From positions 2,604,001 through 2,668,000 of the forward strand of contig OZ037769.1 of NCBI GenBank assembly GCA_964035545.1: a stretch of DNA of 64,000 bases. The letters are read 5' to 3'. Shown here piece by piece: positions 37,997-51,920 of the stretch. The notes beneath the pieces are model-generated. The model saw only the letters and a list, made by a program, of their open reading frames with translations. It made no database searches and was not told the DNA's origin. The translations under genes were made by a program, and so were the position numbers. This DNA is from Bugula neritina (taxonomy: Eukaryota > Animalia > Bryozoa). Every line of letters begins with the position of its first letter. Position 1 is the first letter of the stretch.

Positions 37997-40480
37997 AAGG
38001 ATTTGAACTAAAATTCTGCTTTTCAGTATTACTTAGTTTTGTCTTCCAATTGTCAAAACATCAGCCGAACATGGGCCAGTAACTCCTATTCTAAGTCAAC
38101 TAAATACCTACATTTCTTGTAATATTCTCACTCTCAACTTTGATCTCTTGTACACATCATTTTTATCTGTGTGACATCCCTTTATTGTGTGACTGAAATA
38201 AAACTATCCATTAATCTCATCTCTTGTAGTCTTAGTCTTGTGGAATGTACCAAATGCAGACATCATAAACCTCAGAATAAATAATTATTAGTTGTGGGTA
38301 ACCACTCTATGCGATTCCCACTGCGCTTAGATTAGTTGAATACTATACAGAACTCTCTAGAGTCTAGATAGCTACAAAGGTGCAGCTGGTATATTATTGT
38401 GCCTACATCCATTGCAAAGAAGGCCTTCCTTGGTCAGCTAACAATGCTCCAATATTAAATTAATTATGATATTTATCTTGCTATCAATCACCTTTTGCAC
38501 ACCTGAAATAACTAACAACTTGCTTTATAATATATTGCTGTAATGCTGAAGCTTTAGAAATTATTAGTCATATTCAACCCAATAACCCCCATGGAATTAC
38601 ACATGACATGCTTATAGTAATGCATTATGCACCTATTTATCATAGGTGCAGCTGTTGCACTACTTATACTTGAGAATAATACTAGAGGAATTCTAGTTTG
38701 CTAATGAAACTAAAGAGAGCATAACTCCTTTTGCATTCGGTCATTTTCTGTAAAAAACATGGTGCCTTCAATACTGAAGATTTTGAATAACAAGAATTCT
38801 TAGAATTTAAAACATTCCATTCTGCAGGCAGGTACAGTATGTGAGATTTGAAAGCCTGTGTTCTAAATGAACAGGTGCTACAAGCTGCATCGACTAGACA
38901 ACTCCCTCCTTTATGCAAGCATGATAATATTGAAAATATACACAACGAATGCATACACAAATAGGATTGCATTTATATCTAATATATATTCTCATGACAT
39001 AAACACTACTGCTGCTGATAATTTGATTATAATGTGCTGCTTTTTATGTTTGTATGATATGTGTGTGCGTGCTTCATGTGTAGGTGTGTGTATACTGTAT
39101 AATTCAACAACGTCTTTCACAAGGCTAGTATACTCTGTCCCAGAAAGCTGTATAAACTAACATGAATCTTGAAAGTAAAGTTCTCATATCTTTGGTGTCG
39201 TCATAGGTGGGGCATGTTTACATCAACAAGGATTTCCCCTTCTAGCTTGAGGTTTTCTTGGCCAACCATAGCATCGCTATTTAATTTGTAGTTGTCTTTT
39301 CTTGTCTTAAAATGGTTTCTCATAGCGTTATGCAATAAAAGAAGTTATGACTTCTCCTTACTAAAACAATATTATTTCCCACACACTATAAAATATTTTT
39401 CTCATAGAACTTCATACATGTATATTATTACAAAATGTTGAGCTATTGAGCTATTTATAGTTTTGATTAATAAAACTTGCATACCATGACCTGTTTTATA
39501 TTATATTATTACTATGTTATATTATATTATAAATTAAAAAGCCAGCCTCATTTTCTAGCTGAGGATTGAATTGAGTGTGCAAGTACAAAGTTCACGAATT
39601 AACCAACCTAACTTCCTCCAATCAGGCAAACTATGGAGAATTTATCTTAGTTTTTATCTTAGTCTAAATTAGTAGCCTAATCAACAGCTAAACAACTAAA
39701 TATGTATAACACTTATATACAAAGATAGTATTGATAACTTAGCTAAACGTAGGAATGATTGATAACAGCTTATATAGGGGTAATTACTAATTATTGATAT
39801 GAGCAAGTTAATGTGATTGTTACTCATGTTATAGAACACTACAACTTGTTTGTGACACCATATATGGTCACTAATACACGTATACAAGCTGATGGTGCAA
39901 TGTAATAATTATGGCATTGGTATGGTCTTTTCCTGAAAAGAAATTCCTCTTAAAAAACCCTATTGATCCTATTTATACATTGTATAGGCCTTTGAGTAGC
40001 ATTCATTGGATTCCTTTAATCAATGAAACAGTCGCTGCTTGCAGGTTAGATATATTACCAATCCTCCATTAAAGCTTTCACTAAAGCAGTATAATACATC
40101 TTCAATAGGAAATATTATTTGCTTTTAGTTCTCTTTTGCTTCTTTGCTAATCATTCTTAATATAAACTTTTGTAAAGAAAATAGGCTGAATACATTGTAT
40201 TATATAATATTTAATTTAAATGAAACTTTTGTTCACGCTATATTCTACTTATACAAAGATACTGCGTATAGACTTAAGTATTGCTTTTGCATTAGGAAGT
40301 ATGCATAGCTTAAATTGTGGCACTTCTCAACATGGTGGAACTATTGGGATGCATTACAGATAGCTTGACCATTCCTAAAGAGTTATATTTCAGTGGGCTC
40401 AACAGGTTTTTGGAACATTTAATGAATTACTTTGGTTACAAGATTACATGGGGCAAAATCTGCAGACAATAATATCTTTA

Positions 40481-40481
40481 A

Positions 40482-40571
<90 letters not shown>

Positions 40572-40573
40572 GG

Positions 40574-40616
<43 letters not shown>
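40481..40616. repeat. Interrupted (TA)n microsatellite
   Basis: Directly visible. Confidence 0.97.
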
Positions 40617-42471
40617 AAAGCGAAACAATCTACAGCGGAGGCAGTCGGCTGCGTTGGCTGCTCGAGTTTATATGCAGCAAGGAGGATATTGCATGTCACC
40701 GCTATATAGCTCCGCAATGATGATAGTATTGTACAATGACTCATAGATTTTCCATATTGGCACAATGCCAATAAGAAGTTTCCTTTATTCCACTCACTCA
40801 CTTGTTAGCTTGTTGATATGCAAATCGCACGTACACAGAACTGTCTCTCAGTGAAGCAAATTTCAAAATAAATGTTCAAAATTTGCAAAGATTTGAATGT
40901 TTAAAATACGTATATAACTTTTAATTACTGCATAGTTTCACGTTGGAAAGATTGTGCAGCTCAATGCATGTACCAGTATTAAGTGATCATTTCAGTTAAA
41001 CAGCACAGATTCTTATACTGATCATATATTGTTCATAGTATTGTAACACTACTTCCACGTTTCAAAGGTTTAGAAGCTGTTACATCTTTCTTGGATAATG
41101 GAATTTTATTTTTCTCAAACAACCTTCAAAGCTTCAAACTGCGTCTAGTAAGTATTTTTCAATGTTTTGTTGTTTAGAAAAGTACCTTATAGTTTAGCTT
41201 ACTTTTTGCTTCAACAAGAGTTTTTTTTCATATATATTAATATTTTTTTATGCTCTATAGATACTAGTTCTTATAGTAACATATGTCTAATTAGATTATG
41301 TTTTGTTGATAAAAATCTCCAGTAATCTGTAACTACCATATTATATGGACGTGTGCCCAATGAGTATTAAAGTTGTAGCCTACAATAGACACGAAGTATA
41401 CCTTCTAAAATGGCTACATATATATCAGATAATATAATATTCTTAGCAATTATTTAGACTATAGTTTTTAGAAGCACAATCTATATATATTATATGCAGA
41501 CATTCTCACATCCTGCATGGTAATTGGAATTTCCGTTTTCATACGTTCTATTGCATACAATTCATTGATATAACTTTGCATCAGCTAGCCTACATGGCAG
41601 AGCAATCTATATAGTAAAACATTTATAGGTCATATTTCGAAAAGGTTATGTAAGCTTTGATGCTTATATAAGAATTTTTCGACCAATTGTAACCAAGATG
41701 ACTGAAAATAATGATTGATTATTGTTTCCATGACAATGATAGCTAGATTGCATAGTTATTACCCTGATTCATGAAAATATGCTTTTGAAATCCCAATTTT
41801 TCAGATAGCAACTATTTATGTTACAAGTTTCTTAGGAGTTCCAAATTTTCACCAAACAAATTACTCCCAGAGACTCAGTGATAATGTTGATATTAATTTG
41901 GCTACGTGTCAAATAGCATTCTTATTTTGAATACAAGCCAAACGAAACCAGTTTGGCTGTTGATTTTCATAATTTTTACTTTAGCATTTCATAATTTTTT
42001 TTAGAGGTATAATCATAATGATAGAATTTCAGTGTAGGTTTTAAGCACATTAAATAATTATTTTTAACCCCTATAAGCAATGCCTGGCCTAACATTTGTA
42101 AAACAAGTGCTAAAGGTTCGGCCACATAGAATGGGGTTCGGTAGCAAAGCCTTATGCTTTGAAAATTCACTAGAAGAATTACCTGCCGCACGCTATACGC
42201 TGCGAGTGACCAATACCATTCACTTTCCATATTATAAAATATTTCATTTTAGAGTTTCTCAATAATGTACAAGTATTTGTAATAAAAACATGAAACTGAA
42301 AATGCAAGAAGTGCACTTAGACCTAAATTCAGAACATTTTCCATGATGTTTGGTTGATTGACTTTAAATTTGAATTATGTCTTCTGTCAAAAGTGCAGTT
42401 ATCTCAGTAGCTAAAGCAACTACTGGTAACCACAGTATTTGGTCAAATAGTTGAGTTAAGGTGTGAGTTAA

Positions 42472-43239
42472 AGGATTGCTCTATCTTGTCTAATAAATGG
42501 CCATTTAGGTCAAACACACATAATATTGTGTTTTTCTAAGCATGCATTGACAAAAAGCATTTGACCAAAGGTAGAAAAAGTTAGTTGAAGTTGAGGGTGT
42601 AGATTGGTAACAGCCAAAACACCGATTTTGAAATGAGCTGGGAAATGTGACGTAACAGCGCCAGCATTCCTGCTGGTCACGTGACTATACAAATGAATAA
42701 CTATAGAAATATGGCTGTGAGATGTGATCTTTCAGCTCATAATTTGTATATTTATAGAAGTGCAAATGTGAATTATCTCAATCTATAGTTTTTTGACATG
42801 TTTAATAACATGTATGTGATAACATTAGGCTATATTTTGCTTGTAAACATAGAAAAAAGCATTGCAAAAACATGCATTCTTTAGGATGAATGCCTGCGAT
42901 CGATCTAAACTAGGTCAGATTGTGCAATATTACGGGCACACCAAAGCTGACCTATATAGCGCACTGTAACTGCTTGAGCGTTATTGGTTGATGTTGCGCT
43001 CAGCAACCTTGAATACTAGCGTTATAGTTAGCACGTGCAGCATAGTTACTGGCGTTCACACGTCACGTATTAGGCTATTCTTTTTCATGGCTGAAAATTT
43101 TACCTCCCTCAAAATTGGAATTTTGAAAAGCTGTTTTCTAGGCATATATCCCTTTGCAAAGTCACAATTGTTTGCATACACATTAGATTATAGTTCATAA
43201 TTATAATGTGATTGTAATAAACTAAGATAGAGCAATCCT
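42472..43239. mobile_element. Non-autonomous Kolobok-like DNA transposon (768 bp)
   Basis: TIR aggattgctctatctt / aagatagagcaatcct, TTAA on both sides (42468-71, 43240-43), AG termini; no ORF. Confidence 0.8.
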
Positions 43240-43695
43240 TTAAACCAGCCATAGGATACTACATGTCTTTATATTTCACCTACTATTTTTATGTAATTTC
43301 ATATCTTTTCACTGGAAAGCAGCTGAAATGTTTGTGTGCATCTGATTGGCCCGTGCAAAAGATCATGCAAGTGAAAAAAGTAGAAATGCTATATCATCAA
43401 ACAAAATCACATTAGAATACAACATCATGTCTATTTCATTGAGTTTATTCACCAGCTGTAATGAAGAATGTATTTGGTTTCTATACGCTTTTTATCTCTT
43501 CAAAGCTTACATCATATATGATAACAGCAGTAAATAATATTGCATAACTAACAAACTAATTCAACTAAAACATTTACTAGGCAGTTCATGTTCTTTACTT
43601 ATAATTTTAGAGAGTTTCTGGAACTAGCAAACTTTTAACAGGATAATTGATGTAGCCCACGAGAGAGCAGATAACTCTAATAACATTATGCAGCC

Positions 43696-46534
43696 ATGAT
43701 GTCGGGCAGCTATGCCGAGGTGGATTTACATATACTAGAAGAGATATGTGCTGGTCAGTACATAGATTCAACATTAGATGTGAAATATCCAGTGTTGGGT
43801 GTCACCGGGTCGAGTGAGTCAGCACCTGACATCATAGAGTCAGCGTTGAGGTTCGCTGAGGGGACATCTGATGCGGATGTGGCTTTACCAACTGTGCTAG
43901 GCAGCAATTTACAAGAGAGTGAAGGTATACATTTATTATATTCATGAGAAGATAACTGCTGAAGCCTACTTTCCCTAATGTTAGAGTGAGAGCTAGTAGA
44001 TTAGATAGTCAAACTAGAATAAGTCAGTTTAATATATAGTAGGACTAATATGTTATCATTGTAATTTAAAACTTAGGCAGTAGTTTGCTATATTATCAGT
44101 TAAGAGATAATATGACCTGACGGCAGCAACCCTTGGCTGCAGCACTAGTACTACATTTCTATGCTATGTTATTACTTAATATACTCTGTATAACTGCTAG
44201 TCATGATTTCTGTTTTATTTCTTTTAAGAAATATTATTATTCTATGTTACTTTTTATATTTGTTATGTAACTACTAGTTTCAGTTTTAGTTTTGTTTTGC
44301 CAATAGGCTATTCAGATGAATCCCGTGGGAATGATGAAGGTGAAACAAGTATTTTACCAACGACAATAGACGACTCCAAACTTTTAGAGGAAAGCAGTGT
44401 ATTTCAGAGTTTCTGGGTCTATAAAAGGTTTCCGAGGGGACCTAAAAGTCGGTCACTAGAGCTTACTGTCAAGACACCCACCAATCCTCATCGACCGATA
44501 AAGTTTGTAGATCCCGTATTCAGTGAAACCATCAACCGTAGACAGTCTATTGTCTCATCCGGTGCCATGAGACTCGGCGAAGGCAATGATATTTCCCCGA
44601 GTCCTGGAAAAATGCTGAGGCTTCAAAAAGAAATCTTGGAAACAACAGGAAAACTTTCGACGAATAAATCTGGCTCGTCGGGTAAACGTGGAAAACTGTC
44701 ATCAAGGTAAAACTAATGAAAGTGAAATCAATAAAAAATATTTGTGCACAAATCTATAGCAGTAAATGTTTGTAATACATAAGTTTCTAGCTGAGTGTAT
44801 TTTTATATAAGTTGTACAACGATACTACTCTTGCATGATGACCGCAGCACAATTGGTTTGTTAATCAGTGCTTGGAACTTCTTTAATCAGTGGGTAAACA
44901 AAGTCCTCTGTCACAACTTCATAAACAAGAAAAATGTTTGTATTAATTTTTTATTAAAATTAGAACTACAATTTTTACCAAATGCAAGCTTTCTGCTTCA
45001 CATAATATTATAGTTGTTAACATGCTGGAATAGTTTTACATAAAATTATTATTTAAAGAAAAAGTGTCTATAATAAACATTTCAAATCCTCAAAGAGTAA
45101 AAATGATGATAGATTAGTTATTTTGTCTTGAAGGCTTGCATTTACCACAGCATAACTCAAATAACACATTATTGTTTATTATACATGTGCTATACTATAT
45201 CACGTATACTGTTTACTGTGCTCCTGGTTTGAAATATCTTATTTCTAGGCTGTCACGACTCAAAAGATCAGCCAATCATGAAGCTAATAAAATCATTTTT
45301 CACGGACTTGAAGAAGAAAAAGGTGTATATCAAATATTAGTATAAACTTCTCAGTCTACTGGGGTATTTCACTGACTTTATGCAGGTCTTTTTTAAAGAG
45401 TTGTCTTATCATTGTGACTTAGTTTCTAACTGATAAACTGAAGAGTATGGCATCAGCGCTATATGCTAAAGTCCTTATCTATAATATTTATATGAAGTAT
45501 GAGCTGCTGCAGCTTATCTTATTCTAACTGTTCAAATTAGATAAAAACAAAATATATAATTATTTGAAATATAAAATTTTTACATGACTCATGACTCACT
45601 TATACTATATATAAATGTTGATGCATAACATTGAATGTAGACTGCTAATACACTGCTACAAATATATAATATACATAATTGTCTTAAATAGATTGAGATT
45701 AAATTATATTCTATAGCTCGCTGTTTATTAAATTTCATAAAATTATTGTGCATTAATATATTCAAAAATTTTGTTTAATGAAAGTGGCCAGCTAAAGTTA
45801 AATATTACATAAGCTATATTTAATTATAAACTACCTCACTGTCTTGATTTGTAACTAAATAATCAATGAGCGCATACATAATGCTGCTTAAACTTATATA
45901 TAACAAACATAAAAACAATTACCAGATATTTAAACTGCTATCAACCATTCATATTATGTATGTGAGTGACTGTACTTGCTTATATAATAATAAAAGTAAT
46001 AATAATAATAACGATAATGAATAATTTACTTCAACTTGAAAAATTAAGATTTTATTAATTTTTCAACTTAGAAAAAAATAATATGCATTAAATAATGTTC
46101 AGTTATATGAATTATTGCTATTATATGAGTGCATACTTACTTTTACTGTTTTAACCAAATTTGCAACACCAATCAGTGCATTTGAATAGAAGTTATTTTC
46201 TCTCGAGTTTACATAAAATTAATTATAACTCCTAATTACATAATAAATGACATTATTGTAACCACTGTTGCCAATGGTTTCCGGCTTTTTTACTGCATAC
46301 ATTATGTTAACAATTTTGCATTTTACAGATCAGCTGAGTGGAATTGTTAATTCAATCAAAAAGGTTCTTAGAAACTTGAATCTTCCCACCAGTTGCAAAA
46401 CTTTCCACCAATTTTTCTGCCAGCACCTAAAACTGCACACAACTAAAGTAGCTGGGAGACGAGGTGCCTATGTTGATGAGATTCTAAGTATGGAACAAGA
46501 AGTCATACTATATAAGCAGTCTGAAGATGATTAA
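43696..46534 (+). CDS. CREBRF: CREBRF/REPTOR-like bZIP protein, paralogue 3 (most diverged, about 302 aa)
   Basis: Exons 43696-43924, 44307-44706, 45249-45322, 46329-46534; same phases; SFWVYKRFPRGPK, RLGEGNDISPSPGKM, GKRGKLSSRLSRLKRSANHEANKIIFHGLEEE, TKVAGRRGAYVDEIL. Frame open throughout. Confidence 0.85.
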
Positions 46535-48139
46535 TATGATAACATCTGTGCTCAGAGCTGTTGTAAAGTCACACACCACTAATCACGCCATGCAACTAAT
46601 ATATATTTTATAAATTGTTAATACTTGATATTATACTATACTGTTATAATCTTATATTTTACAGATAAGCATTATCACAGTTTAGCAATGCATGTATTCA
46701 TAAACGATATTTTGCTTTTCAGGTACAACTTCTTTTATATCAAACTTCAACATACATTATGTAATACTATTTTTTAAAATTTATTTTTGAGTATTTTACC
46801 AAACTGACACACACAGCTTAAACCATATTTATATACACATTTTTCATCAAAGCTAATTTAATTTTTTTTCATATCCTAATAAGTTTACAATAATAAAACT
46901 TAAATTAGTTATTTTCATATTTGAATAATATAATATTTTATTGTACTAAATGTTGCCTAAATAGCATATTATCTTCTCATCATAATTGAAACTTCGAATT
47001 TCTTTTAAAATTCAGCCCACATTGATCACTTGCTGACTATGATAAAGGCTGGCACAGTTAGTCATGGCTCAAGGTCCTTTCAACATCTGTTATTGACATT
47101 GGAAAATATTATGTGAAACTTGTTTCAGTTATAAGTTGCATGATTTCAAAGGTGACACTACATTCCTGGAAGAATATGGCATTTCAGTATTTAAGTCTTT
47201 TATTGTTCTAATACCTTCAGACGTCTAATATTATGCTGTAATCAATGCAAGAAGCAGTTTTGTTTTCAATTAGTGCTATTTATTAATTGCATCTGTTTTT
47301 TGCACCAAATGAAACAGTATATATCTCGTTTATTATTACCTAAAAATGCCATATTATTAAGACTCTGCATTTCACTCACATGTAACTTCACTTACCTAAT
47401 ATTTCAATGTTGTGAAAGAAAAGATCAAAAATATTGCGTATAATTTTCATGCAAAAAAAACAAACTGTAAAATTAAATCATCAATTAAAAATAGATTAAT
47501 AGCATGAACATATTTTTAAAAAGTCGTTGATGAGGTAGTAGAAATCTAGAGCAATAAAAAACAAAGCATTGTATAAATTTTGACCACTAAAATAAAATCA
47601 TAATATATATCATCATGATTTGACAATGAATACAAAATAGCTTAGGGAATTATAGCTAAACATTGTAAAAGTGCTTGATTAGTGGTATAAATGTTGTTAT
47701 TAAAAATATTTTTAACTTTCACAGAAAATAGTTTTTCATAGGAATCTTTATTTTTAAAATTTGTGAAACGAATTAAATACTGGATTGTTGTTAGGTAAGA
47801 GCATTTATTTGAAACATCAGTTTAAAATAGGTATATGAAATATGTTTTAGTTAATTCTTGAAATTAGATTGGTGAAATGTAAAAATGTCTGCAGTAGGTG
47901 TCGGATGCTTTTTGTAGTTTGAGCTAAGATTGAATTAAAAAAATTCAGTTTTCTTACTACAAGAGGCATTAGGAGCTCAAAAACACATTTGATAGTTGCA
48001 GCTGCATATTTTATGTGTTTTAGTTTGAGTGATATTTGCCTACACTACTGGCGACAATAATATTGGTATTATAATATGGCTTGGGAATTTTGTGGTGAGA
48101 CTTGGATTTCCAGTGTTGGGACAGGGAATTTCCAGTCAC

Positions 48140-48410
48140 CTAAACCAATCGATTTAGGAACATTCGCAACTATCGCTCAATTACGATCCGAAAGCTGGAG
48201 ACGCGAAAAAGCCTTAATATCCTCTTTTTGATTGGCTTGTTTTGAGTCACGTTTAATGTAAACAATAATTTTTACTGGATAAGGTTTCACATAAGTTGGT
48301 ACGGGAAAGATTTCACGATACAAACTTCTTCACAGCAGCGAGCAGAAATTTGGCGTAGATATCTACACACCCATAAACAAAAAACAAAAACTATCGACTT
48401 TTCAAGGTAG
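48140..48410 (+). promoter_or_regulatory. Candidate promoter and non-coding first exon of the ZIP gene
   Basis: CpG-richer patch with ccaatc (48145) and gattgg (48230), then donor aag|gtaggtaagt at 48406; the next coding exon at 57126 starts with an acceptor just upstream of its ATG. Confidence 0.5.
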
Positions 48411-51400
48411 GTAAGTTTAAGTTTTATATATTAACTTGGATATTATCTAACTCGATTAATAATTGATAAATGCGTAATCAATATCATGAAGTCTACAATA
48501 AGAAATAAAGTGTAAACAATCACAATGACAATGTTTATTAATATTATGAAATAAAAGTATTAAATAAAAATTAAATATTATTTTGAAGTTTATATATAAA
48601 TTAAAATTTATAATAATAATAATTATCATTGTATTCATAGTAATGACTATCACTATGAGATGGAGTTGAAATAATCGAGTGTAATCATAATAGTAATTAA
48701 TGATAATTGTTTGGTTAAAATAAATCGTAATCATAATGATCTTGGATCAGTATCACTATCACTATGAGTATGTCTATGTTCATTGGCATTATCACTGTCA
48801 GTGTCATTATGGTTGCTATTAGGCATTATGATTATCATTATGATATTGAATCTGACTATGATAAGGATATTATTAGCTGATTAGTGATACTCATACTGAT
48901 TAGTGATTATCATTATGGTTTAAGAATATTCATATTGATAATTGATTATCGTGACTGTATTACAAATATTTACGATTATCATTATTATTTTAGTCCTACT
49001 CTCTATTGAAATGAAAATGGCGATTCTTAGTTAATCTTTTTTCACGGTAATCACAATCACTAAGTCTAATCTATTAGTCATAATGTTAATTATAATGACA
49101 ACATTAATTTAAATTATAATTATAGTTATAGTACCACGACTAGCACTAGTGGTAGTAATGCTGCTAATGCTTATTATATATAGTTATTAGTTGTTGCTAA
49201 TAAATTATTTAATTTAATAATTCAAATTGAAATACTTAATGGTAGTTTTTGAGTTATACAGCATACAGTAAAACTAAGAGTTTACCAAATTAAAATAATG
49301 ATTGTAAAATTGAATAGTTTTAAAATCATATTCATTCCATATTTCATTTTACATTTATACTTGTTAAATTTACTGTTTTAATTCATAATGATGGTTTTTA
49401 TTAATTTTATAATTTTTATAATACTACCAATATGATATTGATAATAGTTAATGTTGATGCTCATATTTACTTAATCATAATGATTATAATGATCTTAATG
49501 AATTGCTATTTTAAAATATTTAATCCTTGAGCGTTTACTGAGACAGTTGTCACAACTTTAAATTATATTTTAATTTAAAGTTAAACTGTATTAAAAGTTG
49601 AAATGAGTGTAAATTGCAAATTCACTAGTTACATAAATTTATTTTAAATATTTTTTACAGTTGACGTTGAGGTAATTTTAAATAAAGTTAGACTATTTGT
49701 TGCCATAGCTGTAGTACTTACTTATTTTTATATTACAAATCAATATATTTAATCATGAATTATTATCGTTTAGAATGTACATTTTATCGGCCCACTACAT
49801 ATTAAATACAGTCTGTCAAATAACCAAATGAGCAAATAGAGTAGTCAACTGACACATTGACTGTAAGCTAATTGTAAATATTTTGCTGCCAAAGAGGCAG
49901 TAAACAGAGCAGCTGAATAAGTAGTGCAAGAGTAAAAGTTAATAGCTAATTTGCATTGTATTGCAAAGTTATTGATGCTCGCTGAAGCATGATTTAGCAA
50001 GCTCACAAGATCAGGGTTAGTCTTTGTTAAAAATCATAGTAATTTCAACAGTGTCAAAATGTATGACTTTCAACCTTGTTTTATGGCTTGTCAATATCTG
50101 CAACTGTGGGTAATAGGTAGTCTGAAAATAGCCTATGAGACTTGGGCTATATTTGAATGAAAGAGGAGCTACACCCATCATAACTTTTTTGGGCATGAAT
50201 GAATTTTCTCTAAATGAAACATGTGTTTTATTCCTTGTATGTCTTAAAATGCCAACATTAATGAAATTATTACCACTCTGGTAGCTCTCTACTGAAAATA
50301 AATGCCTGTTATATGATTGTAATGGCCAATAACATGAATTCAAATAGTTCAAGTTATATACATGTGGTAATGATATTAATTTCGCATTCCTGCTTAATGG
50401 GTAAACGCAGGAAACACCTACTGCCAGTGTAATCCAAGTCATGTTTTGTTTATAGTCTACTGGTAAATTGAGGAGGGGTTTAACTAATAGCCCTGTCTGA
50501 TGACATAATCACCTGTCAACTTGAGACCAATCGCTATCCAGTAAGCCAAATACAAGGCAGCACCTCTACCTGATCAATAAATAGCTGTAGAGATAAGTTG
50601 AAATTAACTACTAAATACTCTTTGAAACAGCTACTTAGTTGTCTAAATGGGAATCCAGTTTGGTGTGACACAATTTTTTTCTCAGCAAAAGCCGCGACTT
50701 GATTTTTTGCTTCAACTCCAAGTGTTATTCAATTCGGCTTTGAAGTAGTCCTGATATTGAATGGGTATTCGTCTAGTGGCTTTGATGATTGCTGCTCCCT
50801 CATTATCTTCAGGCAGCAGTATGGAATACCGTTATTCTCAGCTGTTATGCAATACTATTGTTTTAAAGCTAAGCCAGACAGGAGCAAAGTACGGTCTTTT
50901 ATATAATAGACATGCTACAAAGTACACTGCGTATTTCTATATGTACACATCCACTTATGGTATACTAATTAGACCATTTCGCTTTGGCCCACTACTAATA
51001 ATAAGATGAATTACGTAGTGTTATCCTTAGTAGTATTATCCGTAGAATGAATACATAAAGTAGTGAATGATTCTCTATGTTAGATATTGAGCAGGTTGCG
51101 TTACATACATATAGCTTGTTGACCACCACTTTTATAAATTATATTGTATTTGAAATCACAAAAAGATTACACTAATCTATGATTTTTTTGAAAGTTATAT
51201 TACAAAAATTTATATGGTCACCTTTCACCACGGTGGTCCTGCGTGGGTGGCGGACAAAAATTTATATACAGTGTAAAAACATACTCTTCTGATGGTAATT
51301 TGACAATTTATAAAGGAATAGATTGAATCGCTGGCATTGGAACATAGTTCTTACACGAGATAGCCGCTACTATTGGCTAGGGTACTGGATGGAAATAGTA

Positions 51401-51782
51401 TCAGCAGGCTTGGAAAGCTAGCTCGGTGCATTTCTAAGAATAACTATAACTAAGTTTGGACTGTTTTAGTTGAAGTTGGTTGGTGGTATTAATCAAGTAC
51501 ATGGAGCACTTAAATTAACCTTCAGCTCACACGCATGGCCAATAAATGACAATTGTCAAACACTCCTGACATAAAAGAAGGTGGGTGGTTTTTTGACAAT
51601 TCAAAGGTTAATCAAAATCTTTAGCATTCAGATGAACAAAGAGAACACAATACATGGGATAAGTGTGTCTTATGTTTTGAAACGTCTATAGATTGGAACA
51701 GCTCAACGAGTTTTAGGTGTGAAAATGTTAGAAGAGAGTTAATTAGGAGTAAAATATGTTATACTTGGGTTAGCATATCCCC

Positions 51783-51920
51783 TACTACTGCTACTGCTAC
51801 TACTACTGCTGCTACTGCTACTACTGCTGCTACTAACTACTACTAGTACTACTAGTGTCTACTGCTGCTGCTGCTGCTGCTGCTGCTACCCTCTACTACT
51901 AAGACTACTACTGATACTGC
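51783..51920. repeat. (CTA/CTG)n trinucleotide repeat
   Basis: Directly visible. Confidence 0.92.

Noticed and set aside
50017-50442. 141-aa minus-strand ORF inside the ZIP first intron
   Set aside because: No recognisable motif or splice context; compatible with a chance ORF.
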